Source: Gemmatimonadales bacterium (GTDB lineage Bacteria; Gemmatimonadota; Gemmatimonadetes; Gemmatimonadales; GWC2-71-9). From it: 64,000 nucleotides of DNA. Within the stretch, counting starts at the first letter, position 1; each line of letters opens with the position of its first letter. Shown here piece by piece: positions 27,490 through 37,199 of this stretch. Location: contig JBKJMX010000083.1 of the NCBI GenBank assembly GCA_046596135.1, forward strand, positions 66,222-130,221, given 5' to 3'. The notes beneath the pieces were generated by a model. That model saw only the letters and a program-made list of their open reading frames with translations. It did no database searches and had not been told where the DNA came from. The translations under genes were made by a program, and so were the position numbers.

Positions 27490-28149
27490 ATGCCGCGTGA
27501 ATCGAAGCGGGCGCGCCAGGCGCGGGCCCTCGAGATCCTGGCGCGACTGCGTGCCGAGTATCCCGATGCGCACTGCGAGCTCGACTACACCGATCCGTAT
27601 CAACTTGTCGTTGCCACGATCCTGAGTGCGCAGTGCACCGACGTACGAGTCAACATCGTGACCCCGGAGCTCTTCCGTCGCTGGCCGGATGCCGCGGCGC
27701 TCGCGGCGGCCTCACAGGACGACGTCGAGTCGGTGATCCGCTCCACCGGATTCTTCCGCAACAAGGCGAAGAACCTGATCGGGATGGCGGGGGCGCTGGT
27801 CGTCGATCACGGCGGCGCGGTGCCAGCCGCGATGGATCAATTGCGCCCGCTCCCCGGGGTCGGGCGCAAGACCGCGAACGTCGTGCTGGGCAACGCCTTC
27901 GGCATCAACGACGGAATCACCGTGGACACCCACGTGGCGAGGCTCTCCCGCCTCCTTCGGCTCTCTGCCGCGACGACGCCGGAGCGGATCGAGGAGGACC
28001 TGATGCCGCTCTTTCCGCAGGAAAACTGGACGCTCATCAGCCATCTCCTGATCTGGCACGGCCGCAGGGTGTGCATCGCCAACCGCCCACGATGCAGCGT
28101 CTGTGTGCTGAACGACATCTGTCCCTCGGCGCGCGTTCTGGCAACATGA
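27490..28149 (+). CDS. nth: Endonuclease III
   Basis: Hh[17 protein letters not shown], catalytic VDTHV, C-terminal 4Fe-4S cluster [17 protein letters not shown]. Confidence 0.9.
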   Translation: MPRESKRARQARALEILARLRAEYPDAHCELDYTDPYQLVVATILSAQCTDVRVNIVTPELFRRWPDAAALAAASQDDVESVIRSTGFFRNKAKNLIGMAGALVVDHGGAVPAAMDQLRPLPGVGRKTANVVLGNAFGINDGITVDTHVARLSRLLRLSAATTPERIEEDLMPLFPQENWTLISHLLIWHGRRVCIANRPRCSVCVLNDICPSARVLAT

Positions 28150-28216
28150 GGTGCCCCGACCGACCAACGCGTCCCCCGTTATGTTTGCCTCCCCAACCCT
28201 CAACCGGACCGAAGTC

Positions 28217-28663
28217 ATGAAGACTGCCACGATCGAGACCGAGAAGGGAACCATTGTCGCCGACATGCATGATGCAGATGCGCCCGGCACGGTGGCCAAC
28301 TTCGAGAAGCTGGCCAACAGCGAGTTCTATGACGGTACGCGCTTCCACCGCGTGATCCCGAACTTCGTCATCCAGGGTGGCGATCCGCTCACCCGCACTG
28401 CCAACCATCCTCGCGCGGGCACTGGTGGTCCGGGTTACACCATCAAGTGCGAGACGGCGACCAGCAAGCACAAGCACGTCGCGGGAACGATGTCGATGGC
28501 GCACGCCGGTAAGGACACCGGTGGCAGCCAGTTCTTCATCGCGCACTCTCCGCAGGCGCACCTCGACGCCGTCCACACGGTGTTTGGGCAGGTGACGTCG
28601 GGTATGGATGTGGTGAACGCCATCCGGCAGGGTGATGTGATCACGTCAATCCGGGTGAGCTGA
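28217..28663 (+). CDS. Peptidyl-prolyl cis-trans isomerase (cyclophilin type)
   Basis: ATG 28217; [34 protein letters not shown] cyclophilin signatures. Confidence 0.9.
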   Translation: MKTATIETEKGTIVADMHDADAPGTVANFEKLANSEFYDGTRFHRVIPNFVIQGGDPLTRTANHPRAGTGGPGYTIKCETATSKHKHVAGTMSMAHAGKDTGGSQFFIAHSPQAHLDAVHTVFGQVTSGMDVVNAIRQGDVITSIRVS

Positions 28664-28729
28664 CCCATCCACGTCGATCTTGCGCTGCTCTGCGATCATG
28701 CCCTGATCGACCAACAGGGGAAGCTGTCG

Positions 28730-29059
28730 GTGCTGGGCATCTGGCGGCACGTTGTCGTCGGGCAGTTTCCCTCGGTGCATCCCCGTGCGCACCTCGTGCT
28801 GCAGGTACGCGGGCGCCGCACCGAGCTGGGCACCTACGCTCTCGCGGTCAGGCTGCACGACCCTTCCGGCACGATGCTCATCGAGCAGTCCGGCACAATG
28901 CAGGTGAACGAACCGCCGGCGGGGGTCGTGGATCTGGAGTCGCCCGCCATCCTCGTCTTCGACATCCCGCTGCCGACGGCTGGCGAGTACGCCTTCGAGG
29001 TCCACCTCGACGGCGTTGAGGTGGCCCGGGTCCCCTTCAAGGCATCGGCTTCGCAGTAG
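28730..29059 (+). CDS. Hypothetical protein (start unresolved; open frame begins right after the cyclophilin TGA)
   Basis: First canonical start is GTG 28730. The frame is open from 28664 and encodes the protein-like PIHVDLALLCDHALIDQQGKLS upstream with no ATG/GTG/TTG. Same frame as the cyclophilin gene. Confidence 0.5.
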   Translation: MLGIWRHVVVGQFPSVHPRAHLVLQVRGRRTELGTYALAVRLHDPSGTMLIEQSGTMQVNEPPAGVVDLESPAILVFDIPLPTAGEYAFEVHLDGVEVARVPFKASASQ

Positions 29060-29068
29060 CTTTGGGGG

Positions 29069-29662
29069 ATGCCAGACTCCAGCTGGACCCCGGAACGCGC
29101 TTCGGTGCTGATGGAATCATGGACCGCTTCGCCTGCGCTTCGCGCACACATGTGGGCGGTCTCCCATGCAATGCGCCACATGGCGCCACGTCACCGCGCC
29201 GATCCCGACTACTGGGCGGTGGTCGGCCTCCTGCACGACTTCGATTACGAGCGCTTTCCCAATCCCGATCGCGCCCCCGATGCCGAGCATCCAGCTGCAG
29301 GAGTCGCGGAGCTTCGGGCACAGGATTTTCCCGAAGACGGGTGCGAGGCGATCCTCGGGCATGCCAGCTACACGGGCGTGCCGCGCACCACGGACCTTGC
29401 GCGCGTGCTCTTTGCCGTCGACGAGCTCGCCGGATTCGTCGTCGCGTGCGCCCTGGTACGCCCGTCGCGTTCGCTGCAGGACCTCGAGGCGCCGAGCGTA
29501 CTGAAGAAGCTCAAGGACAAGGGATTTGCGCGGGGCGTGAGCCGCGATGACATACGATCGGGTGCCGAGGAACTCGGTGTTCCGCTCGACGCCCTCGTGC
29601 GCGACGTGATCGCAGCGCTCCGGCCCCACGAGGCCCAGCTCGGACTCGGCGCGCAGGGGTGA
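29069..29662 (+). CDS. HD domain phosphohydrolase
   Basis: 197 aa; H..HD motif region VVGLLHDFDYERFPN; HD superfamily layout. Confidence 0.7.
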   Translation: MPDSSWTPERASVLMESWTASPALRAHMWAVSHAMRHMAPRHRADPDYWAVVGLLHDFDYERFPNPDRAPDAEHPAAGVAELRAQDFPEDGCEAILGHASYTGVPRTTDLARVLFAVDELAGFVVACALVRPSRSLQDLEAPSVLKKLKDKGFARGVSRDDIRSGAEELGVPLDALVRDVIAALRPHEAQLGLGAQG

Positions 29663-31071
29663 GTCCGTCCCCCGAGCTCGCCGTCGGTTCGGACGTATTC
29701 GAGCGGGCAATCGAGCGCGCCGCCGGTGCTCAGGGGATCCCCGGCAACCGCGTCACGATGCTCGTCGACGGCCCCGAAACTTATGATGTGATGCTTGAGC
29801 AGATCGCGTCTGCGCAGCAACGGGTGCACATCGAGCAGTACATCTTCGCCGGCGACGCAACCGGTGAGCGGTTCGTCATGGCGCTCGAAGCGAAGGCACT
29901 CGAGGGTGTGAAGGTTCGCGTGCTGTACGACTGGATCGGGTGCATCCGTACTCCGCGACGCATCTGGCGCCGACTCCGCGCCGCAGGCGCGGAGGTGATC
30001 GCATTCGGCATCCCGCGGTTTCGTGATCCCCTGCTCATTGTGGCCCGCGATCACCGCAAGGTGCTGGTGGTTGACGGCAGGCGCGCGGTCACTGGCGGGC
30101 TCTGCATCGGCGATGAATGGGTCGGCGATCCGGCGCGGCAGCGGCTGCCGTGGCGCGACACCGCGATCTCGATCGACGGTCCCGGTGCGCGGGCGCTCGA
30201 CCAGTCGTTCCGACAGGCCTGGGTGTTTGCCGGCGGGACGGCGCCGGACGACGCCACCGAAGTTGGGCCGGACGTGCCGGCGGGGGGTAACACCACCATC
30301 CGGATCGTCGCCACCGAGCCCGGGCGGGAGCGGGCGTTCCGCACCATTGACCTTCTCCTCGCCGCGGCAGAAGAGAAGGTATGGGTCACCGAGGCCTATC
30401 TCGTGGCACCGCAGCGGCTCTATGAGGCATTCAAGGATGCGGCCCGTTCGGGCACCGACGTCCGGATGCTCCTACCAGGTCACAGTGACCTGCGGGTGGT
30501 CCGCAACCTCACGCGGATCGGCTATCGCGGTCTGATGGGCGCGGGGGTGCGCCTCTGGGAGTGGGACGGGCCGATGCTGCACGCCAAGACGATCGTCGTG
30601 GACGGTCGGTGGGTGCGGATCGGGTCGAGCAACCTGAATCCTTCCTCGCTGCTGGCCAACTGGGAGGTCGACGTCCTGGTGGAAGACGCCGACCTTGCCG
30701 TGGCGATGGAGCGCCAGTTTCTCGGCGACATCGCCCGGAGCCGGGAAGTGATCCGCAAGCCCCGGAAGATCCCGGAGCTCTTTGGCCGCTCCATCCCGCC
30801 TTCGCTGGCCCGGGAGCACCCCAACGCTGGCAGCGGCTCACGGCACATCCCCGGTGGTCGAGAGCGGCGCCGTCGGGCAATCACCGCGCTTTCCGGGTTG
30901 GTCCGGGGGGCCCGCGCGGCGCTTTTCGGCCCGCTCGCGGCGGCACTACTGTTGGCCGCCGTGAGCTTCACGGTCTTCCCCTATTTCATGGCCTGGGCGG
31001 CGGCGGCTGTGTCAGGCACGCTCGGCGCAATGGCCCTCGTTCGTGCCTTGGGCCACCGGGATCGCGGATGA
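29659..31071 (+). CDS. cls: Cardiolipin synthase / phospholipase D family
   Basis: Two HKD motifs (HRKVLVVDG, HAKTIVVDGRWVRIGSSN); GTGA overlap with the HD gene; C-terminal TM helices. Confidence 0.85.
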   Translation: MSPSPELAVGSDVFERAIERAAGAQGIPGNRVTMLVDGPETYDVMLEQIASAQQRVHIEQYIFAGDATGERFVMALEAKALEGVKVRVLYDWIGCIRTPRRIWRRLRAAGAEVIAFGIPRFRDPLLIVARDHRKVLVVDGRRAVTGGLCIGDEWVGDPARQRLPWRDTAISIDGPGARALDQSFRQAWVFAGGTAPDDATEVGPDVPAGGNTTIRIVATEPGRERAFRTIDLLLAAAEEKVWVTEAYLVAPQRLYEAFKDAARSGTDVRMLLPGHSDLRVVRNLTRIGYRGLMGAGVRLWEWDGPMLHAKTIVVDGRWVRIGSSNLNPSSLLANWEVDVLVEDADLAVAMERQFLGDIARSREVIRKPRKIPELFGRSIPPSLAREHPNAGSGSRHIPGGRERRRRAITALSGLVRGARAALFGPLAAALLLAAVSFTVFPYFMAWAAAAVSGTLGAMALVRALGHRDRG

Positions 31072-31099
31072 GACTCAACGTGCGCCGGACTGGCTGCGT

Positions 31100-31654
31100 A
31101 TGACTGGCGTGGACGAAGCCGCGATCGCCGCCCGCGCGGCCGGGGGTGATGCCGACGCGTTCGGGGTCTTGATCGAGACGCATGCGCCCATGGCGCGGCG
31201 GGTCGCTTTCACCATCCTGCAGGACCAGGAAGATGCGGACGACGCGGCCCAAGAGGGGTTTCTCTCTGCGTGGCAGGCGATCGGACGCTACGACCAGCGC
31301 CGGGCATTCCGGCCTTGGCTGATGCAGATCGTCGTCAACTGTGCCCGGGATCTGCGCCGGCGCCGGCGGGTGCGGACGACCGAGCAGCTCGATCATGTCT
31401 CGGCGGCCTCGCGGGATGATCCGGCGCGTGAGGCGGGGGCGCTCGACCTGGGGGAACGGCTTCGCGATGCGCTGGCTACCCTCCCCGAACGCCAGCGGCT
31501 CGCGGTGGTGCTCTTCGACGCCGAGGGATATCCCCAAGCGGATATCGCGAAGATGCTCGGGATTCCCGAGGGAACGGTGAAGTCGGACGTGTTTCATGGG
31601 CGCCGTGCACTGCGCAAGGTGCTTGAATCAGTGAAGGAGGAGTGGGATGAGTGA
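31100..31654 (+). CDS. ECF (sigma-70 family group 4) sigma factor
   Basis: Region 2 DADDAAQEGFLSAWQAIGRYD; region 4 LPERQRLAVVLFDAEGYPQADIAKMLGIPEGTVKS. Confidence 0.85.
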   Translation: MTGVDEAAIAARAAGGDADAFGVLIETHAPMARRVAFTILQDQEDADDAAQEGFLSAWQAIGRYDQRRAFRPWLMQIVVNCARDLRRRRRVRTTEQLDHVSAASRDDPAREAGALDLGERLRDALATLPERQRLAVVLFDAEGYPQADIAKMLGIPEGTVKSDVFHGRRALRKVLESVKEEWDE

Positions 31655-31973
31655 TCTGTCGCCGTTTTCGGCGTCGCGGGACGAAGAGCTGGGCGGGATG
31701 CTGCGCGATGCCCTCGCCCCGCATCATGACGCCGCGTTCGTGACGCGAGTGCGGGCGCGGCTCAACAGCCAGCAATCCGGCTGGGAAGACGATCTTGCCC
31801 GTTGGTTCTGGCAGGGGCTGGCTGCGGCGTCGGTTGCGGTCGCTGCCGTGGGCTATGCCATGGCCACATCTACCACACCGCAGCAGGGTGAAGCATCGGT
31901 TGCCATCGAGCTTCTCAACGGAACACGTCCCGGCGCAGAGATCATCCTCGCCTCGTTCTCGGTGGGACGATGA
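31647..31973 (+). CDS. Putative membrane-anchored anti-sigma factor
   Basis: 108 aa; overlaps the sigma gene by 8 nt; one TM segment (WFWQGLAAASVAVAAVGYAMA); assignment by position only. Confidence 0.5.
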   Translation: MSDLSPFSASRDEELGGMLRDALAPHHDAAFVTRVRARLNSQQSGWEDDLARWFWQGLAAASVAVAAVGYAMATSTTPQQGEASVAIELLNGTRPGAEIILASFSVGR

Positions 31974-32458
31974 TCCGCTCACGTGGCCGTGCCTTCGTGC
32001 TGCTCGCAGCGGCGTTCTTGATCGGCCTGTTGCTGGGCGGCGTGGCCCTGATGGCGGCCACGCGGGCCGGAAAGGCTGACTTCCTGTGGCGCGGTGACCA
32101 CCGGTCCATGCGTGGCAGCGGCAACGGGTCGGGCGTCAGTGGACCGGCAGCGTGGATTGCACGGGAGCTTGATCTCACCGCGGCAACGCGGGACAGCGCG
32201 GACGCCATCTATCGCCGGATGTCCGTCGAGATGGATTCCCTGCGTGCGCGGATCCGGCCCCAGGTCGATTCGCTGTACGAGATCATCCGTCCCGACGTCG
32301 AAGCCCGGCGCCAGCAGATGCGCACCGAGATTCGTGCGCTCCTTACGCAGCCTCAACGGGAAAAGTATGACGCGATCGTTGCAAAGGATGATGAAAATCG
32401 CCGCCGCATGCGAGAGCAGGGTCCGCGTTTTGACGGGGGTGGGCGTGGTTCGCGCTAG
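31970..32458 (+). CDS. Spy/CpxP/ZraP-like periplasmic protein (LTXXQ motif)
   Basis: ATGA overlap; N-terminal TM/signal AFVLLAAAFLIGLLLGGVALMA; LTQPQREKY (LTXXQ-type); helical, R/E/Q-rich. Confidence 0.6.
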   Translation: MIRSRGRAFVLLAAAFLIGLLLGGVALMAATRAGKADFLWRGDHRSMRGSGNGSGVSGPAAWIARELDLTAATRDSADAIYRRMSVEMDSLRARIRPQVDSLYEIIRPDVEARRQQMRTEIRALLTQPQREKYDAIVAKDDENRRRMREQGPRFDGGGRGSR

Positions 32459-33755
32459 TCTCCTTGGCGTCCTGGTTTCCGTTGCGTCCATTGCCCCGCT
32501 CACGGCGCAGGTGCGCGCCGAGCGTGGGGTGACGCTGTCCGATGCCATTGCACGTGCGCGTGTGGTCACACCCAACGTGGTTTCAGCCACCGGCGCGGTG
32601 CGCAGTGCCGAGGTGGCGGTGCGTTCGGCGAAGTGGCAGTTCCTGCCGCAGGTCACGGTGACGCCGCAGGCAACGCTGGCGCTCAACTCCGGCCAATCGC
32701 GGGTCGACCCCATCACGGGCGAGATCATCAGCGGCAACTCGAGCAATCCGAGCTACGGTGTCGTGGCGCAGGCCGACATGAACCTGTTCGACGGGTTCGG
32801 GCGCAACTACAGCCTGAAGGCGGCGCGGGCTCGTGAGGCGGCCGCTGATGCCAACTTGGTGACGGCGCAGTTCGCCAGCGCACTCAACGTGACCAACGCG
32901 TACTTCGATGCACTTGCCAACCAGGAACTCCTCAAGGTCAATGAGGCCGCGGTGCTCCGCGCGGAGGAACAGCTCCGCGTGGCCTCTGCTCGGCTCCAGA
33001 CCGGCGCCGGTCAGCGGACCGACTCGCTCACGGCGTTGGTGACGCTGTCTCAGGCGCGGCAGAACCTTCTCACGGCCGAGGCCGCACTCGCCACCGCCGA
33101 GGCCAACCTTGCCCGGTTCATCGGCGAGCGCGGCCGCGTGGTGGCCATCGACGACCCGAGCTTCTACAACCAGCAGGCATCCATCGACACCGTCGCGATT
33201 CGCGCCGAGATCGCTGCGAGTGCGCCGTCGCTGGCGAGTAGCCAGGCGAACCTCGACGCGGCGCGGGCCGGGCTGCGTCAGGCGAAGGCCGGCTATTACC
33301 CGACGGTGCGGGTGTCGGCCAACACCCAGTACATCGCCAATCGCGCGAGCGACTTCGACTTCCAGCCCCGGCGCGGTCTCACGCTTGGCCTGACCTTCTC
33401 GCCGTGGACCTCGTACCAGCGCGAGGCGCAAGTAGAGAACGCTGCGATTGCGATCGACAACGCCGAGGCATCGCTCGCCGATCAGCAGCGCCAGATCGAC
33501 GCGCAGCTCACCCAGTACTTCGCCGCGCTCGGTAACGCGCAGCGCGCGATCGACGTGGCGCGGCTCACCGTCGAGGCCGCCACCGAGAACCTCCGCGTGG
33601 CGCGGGTGCGGTATGACCTCGGCGTGATGGGGATCGTCGAGTTCACGCAGATTCAGGAGCAGCTCACGCAGGCACAGGTGAGCGAGATCCAGGCGCGGTT
33701 CAGTTACCTGCGTGCGAAGGCCCAGGTCGAAGCCGTCGCCGGGCGGGTGTACTGA
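32391..33755 (+). CDS. TolC-family outer membrane efflux protein
   Basis: Signal ..[19 protein letters not shown]; two long helical repeats typical of OEP family. Start uncertain (ATG 32388/32391, or GTG 32439/32445). Confidence 0.8.
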   Translation: MKIAAACESRVRVLTGVGVVRASLLGVLVSVASIAPLTAQVRAERGVTLSDAIARARVVTPNVVSATGAVRSAEVAVRSAKWQFLPQVTVTPQATLALNSGQSRVDPITGEIISGNSSNPSYGVVAQADMNLFDGFGRNYSLKAARAREAAADANLVTAQFASALNVTNAYFDALANQELLKVNEAAVLRAEEQLRVASARLQTGAGQRTDSLTALVTLSQARQNLLTAEAALATAEANLARFIGERGRVVAIDDPSFYNQQASIDTVAIRAEIAASAPSLASSQANLDAARAGLRQAKAGYYPTVRVSANTQYIANRASDFDFQPRRGLTLGLTFSPWTSYQREAQVENAAIAIDNAEASLADQQRQIDAQLTQYFAALGNAQRAIDVARLTVEAATENLRVARVRYDLGVMGIVEFTQIQEQLTQAQVSEIQARFSYLRAKAQVEAVAGRVY

Positions 33756-34522
33756 TGGCGCGCGACATTGCCAACACCGCCGAGCGGATGGCGCTGCTTC
33801 CCGCCGACGTGCCGCGCGACGCCGTGATTGTGACTCGCAATCTCCAGCGCGAGTACATCATGGGCACGGAGCGGGTGCGCGCGCTCCAGGGCGTCGACCT
33901 CGTGATCCGGCGCAACGAGTTCGTGGCGATCATGGGTCCGTCGGGATCGGGCAAGTCCACCATGATGAACATGATCGGCTGCCTCGATACGCCATCCGAG
34001 GGCGAGTACTGGTTGAACGGACACCGGGTGAGCGAGCTCGGCGACGACCAGCTGGCCCGGATCCGAAACAAGGAGATCGGGTTTGTCTTCCAGACGTTCA
34101 ACCTGCTTCCCCGGGCCACCGCGCTCGCGAACGTCGAGCTCCCGATGGTATACGCTGGCGTGAGTTCCAAGGAGCGCCATGAGCGCGCTCGGCTCACGCT
34201 CGAGCAGGTCGGGCTCGGCGACCGGATTCATCACCGCCCGAACGAGCTCTCGGGTGGCCAGCGCCAGCGCGTCGCGATTGCGCGCGCACTGGTCAATCGG
34301 CCGTCGATCCTGCTGGCCGACGAGCCGACGGGTAATCTTGACTCGAGCACGTCGGAGGACATCATGGCGCTGTTCGAGACGCTGTATCAGCAGGGCCAGA
34401 CCATCATTCTCGTGACCCATGAGCCCGATATCGCGGCGCACGCGAAGCGGCAGGTCGTCCTCCGTGACGGCCGCGTGGCGCGTGATTCCAGTGATCCGAG
34501 TATCGGGGAGACCTTCCAGTGA
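33755..34522 (+). CDS. ABC transporter ATP-binding protein (MacB/LolD-type)
   Basis: [41 protein letters not shown]; TGATG overlap with the TolC stop. Confidence 0.9.
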   Translation: MARDIANTAERMALLPADVPRDAVIVTRNLQREYIMGTERVRALQGVDLVIRRNEFVAIMGPSGSGKSTMMNMIGCLDTPSEGEYWLNGHRVSELGDDQLARIRNKEIGFVFQTFNLLPRATALANVELPMVYAGVSSKERHERARLTLEQVGLGDRIHHRPNELSGGQRQRVAIARALVNRPSILLADEPTGNLDSSTSEDIMALFETLYQQGQTIILVTHEPDIAAHAKRQVVLRDGRVARDSSDPSIGETFQ

Positions 34523-35916
34523 CATTCGTTTGCCGCATGATTCCGCTCATCGTCCTTGCCGCCGCGTGCACCAAGGAAGCGCCCCTGCCCGTTTACCAGG
34601 CCGAGGAGATTGGCAAGCGGGACATCGTGGTGACCGCGCAGGCCGCCGGCGCGATCCTGCCTGATACCGTGGTGCAGGTCAAGTCGAAGGCGTCGGGCGA
34701 GGTGCTCGACATCCGGGTCGAAACCGGCCAGCTGGTGACGCGCGGGATGCTCATGGTGCGAATCGATCGCCGTGTTCCCCAGAACCGGGTGGCACAGGCG
34801 CAGGCGCAGTACGACGTGGCGCTGGCGCGGATGAAGAACGCCGAGGCCGTGGTCGCCAGGTCCAAGGAACTGTTTGCGGCCCGCGCGATCACCGAGCAGG
34901 AATACGAGGTGTCGCAGCTCGATGTTGCCAACCAGCGGGCCCAGGTGATCCAGACCCGGGTTGAGCTGGAGAACGCCAAGATCGCGCTGTATGACACCAA
35001 CGTGATGGCACCGATGAACGGCACCATCATCCGCAAGAGTGTCGAGCGTGGTGCGGTAATCTCCTCGCCGACGAGCGACGTGGGCGGCGGCACGGTGCTG
35101 CTCACCATGGCCGACCTGACGCTGGTGCAGGTGAAGACGTTCGTCGACGAGACCGACATCGGCAAGCTGCGTCCGGGCATGTCGGCCGACGTGACGGTCG
35201 AGGCGTTCCCGAACCGGCCCTTCCGCGGGGAGGTGCTCAAGATCGAGCCGCAGGCCGACACCATCCAGAACGTGACGATGTTCCCGGTGCTGGTGCGCAT
35301 CCCCAACGCCGACGGGATGCTGAAGCCGGGCATGAATGCCGAGGTGAAGATCAACGTGGGGCGGGCCGACGACGTGATCGCGGTGCCCAACGCGGCGCTG
35401 CGCACCGAGCGCGACGCAACCAGCGCAGGTACCGTCCTCGGGATCGGAGAGGAGGATCTGCAGGTGATGCTCGCCGATGCGCGCGCGACGATGGAAAAGG
35501 CCGCGCCGCCGCCCGACACCGCTCGCGGCGACACACTGGCGCGCAGTGGCGCACCGTCGTCGAGCGCCAGCGGGACGCCACGCGCCGCGGCACCGTCTGG
35601 CACTGTCGGGGCGGGCGCGATGCTGGCGGGTGGCGGCGCTTCACGCGGCCGCACCAGCCGCAGCGGTGGCGGTGGGCAGTTCATCGTCTTCGTGCTGCGC
35701 GCCGGCAAGCCGATGCCAGTCTATGTGAAGACCGGGATCACCGACCTCGACTACACCGAGGTGAAGGCGGGCCTCGTCGTTGGCGATTCCGTGCTCATGT
35801 TGCCGAGCGCATCGCTGATCCAGAGCCAGAAGAGCCTGCAGGAGCGGATGGGCCGCAATTCGGCGCTGCCGGGGCAGGGTACTGCGACGCCCGCCACCGG
35901 CGGGCGGAGGAACTAG
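34519..35916 (+). CDS. Periplasmic adaptor (membrane fusion protein, MacA/HlyD-type)
   Basis: GTGA overlap; lipobox IVLAAAC; biotinyl-lipoyl-like and coiled-coil hairpin regions; Ala/Gly/Ser-rich insertion near the C-terminus. Confidence 0.85.
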   Translation: MTFVCRMIPLIVLAAACTKEAPLPVYQAEEIGKRDIVVTAQAAGAILPDTVVQVKSKASGEVLDIRVETGQLVTRGMLMVRIDRRVPQNRVAQAQAQYDVALARMKNAEAVVARSKELFAARAITEQEYEVSQLDVANQRAQVIQTRVELENAKIALYDTNVMAPMNGTIIRKSVERGAVISSPTSDVGGGTVLLTMADLTLVQVKTFVDETDIGKLRPGMSADVTVEAFPNRPFRGEVLKIEPQADTIQNVTMFPVLVRIPNADGMLKPGMNAEVKINVGRADDVIAVPNAALRTERDATSAGTVLGIGEEDLQVMLADARATMEKAAPPPDTARGDTLARSGAPSSSASGTPRAAAPSGTVGAGAMLAGGGASRGRTSRSGGGGQFIVFVLRAGKPMPVYVKTGITDLDYTEVKAGLVVGDSVLMLPSASLIQSQKSLQERMGRNSALPGQGTATPATGGRRN

Positions 35917-35917
35917 C

Positions 35918-37129
35918 ATGCTGATCGGCGAGACCGTCGTCGTCGCATTCGGCAGCATCCGCGCCAACAAGCTGCGCGCGGCGCTGACGATGCTCGGCGT
36001 GATCATCGGCGTAGCTGCGGTCATCACCGTGGTGGCGATGGGCACTGGGGCGCAGCAGTCGGTGGAAAACCAGATCAATGCGCTCGGCGCCAACTTGGTG
36101 CAGGTGTACGGTGGGCAGGACCGCTTTTCCGGCGTGGCGCGCCAGGAGTCGGCGGCGCTCCTGGTTGCCGACGCGCTGGCCATTCAGCGCGACGCGAAGA
36201 CGATCGAGGAAGTGGTGCCCGAGATGTCCCGCAACCAGCAGGTGGAGTACAGCGGGAGCAACATCAATGTCAGCATCGTCGGCACCACGCCCAACTATGT
36301 GGCGGCGCGCAACTACACGGTGCCGGTGGGACGGATGTTCAGTGAGGGCGACATTGGCAGTCGCCAGCGCGTGGCTGTAGTCGGGTTTGCCGTACCGCAG
36401 ATGCTCGGCGTCAACCAGGGTGCCATCCTCGGCCGGCAGCTCGTGATTCGGAACATCCCGTTCGAGGTGGTCGGGGTGTTGAGCGAGAAGGGTGCACAGG
36501 GGTTCTCGAATCCGGATGAGCAGATCCTTATCCCGATCAGCACGGCGCAGTACCGGGTGTTCGGCACCGACCGGCTGCGGTCGATCGCGGTCACCGTGCG
36601 TGAGGGCACGCCGCTCGAGACCGGGATGGTCGACGTCGAGCGGATCATGCGCCGTGAGCACCGGATTCGTCCGGGCGCGGGCAATGACTTCCAGATCCGC
36701 GCGCCGCGCGAGTTCCTGGCGACCGCCGAGCAGACGTCGGCTACGTTTTCGCTGCTGCTGCTATCAATTGCCGGCGTGTCGCTGCTGGTTGGCGGCATCG
36801 GCATCATGAACATCATGCTGGTGTCGGTGACGGAACGCACCAAGGAGATCGGGATCCGAAAGGCGCTCGGCGCCACACGCTTTACCATTCTCTCGCAGTT
36901 CCTCATCGAGGCGCTGGTGCTCTGCCTGAGCGGTGGGATTCTCGGGATCATGCTGGGCTTCGTGATGTCGCTGGTGGTGAGCAACAAGCTGGGGTGGAAC
37001 ACCGTGATCTCGCCGGTTGCCGTCGCTGTTGCGTTTGCCTTCTCGGCACTGGTCGGCCTCTTCTTCGGCATCTGGCCGGCGCGCCGTGCGGCGTCACTCG
37101 ACCCGATCCAGGCGCTGCGATACGAATAG
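35918..37129 (+). CDS. ABC transporter permease (MacB/FtsX-type)
   Basis: N-terminal TM, large periplasmic domain, C-terminal FtsX-like 3 TM with TERTKEIGIRKALGA motif. Confidence 0.85.
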   Translation: MLIGETVVVAFGSIRANKLRAALTMLGVIIGVAAVITVVAMGTGAQQSVENQINALGANLVQVYGGQDRFSGVARQESAALLVADALAIQRDAKTIEEVVPEMSRNQQVEYSGSNINVSIVGTTPNYVAARNYTVPVGRMFSEGDIGSRQRVAVVGFAVPQMLGVNQGAILGRQLVIRNIPFEVVGVLSEKGAQGFSNPDEQILIPISTAQYRVFGTDRLRSIAVTVREGTPLETGMVDVERIMRREHRIRPGAGNDFQIRAPREFLATAEQTSATFSLLLLSIAGVSLLVGGIGIMNIMLVSVTERTKEIGIRKALGATRFTILSQFLIEALVLCLSGGILGIMLGFVMSLVVSNKLGWNTVISPVAVAVAFAFSALVGLFFGIWPARRAASLDPIQALRYE

Positions 37130-37152
37130 CACCGCGACGTCGCCGGAACACG

Positions 37153-37193
37153 GGAAGCCACGGAGAAGCCGTTCGTGGCTTCCTGTGTATTTT
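37153..37193 (+). terminator. Intrinsic terminator after the MacAB-like operon
   Basis: GGAAGCCACG (37153-37162) / CGTGGCTTCC (37174-37183) perfect stem followed by TGTGTATTTT. Confidence 0.7.
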
Positions 37194-37199
37194 GGAGCC

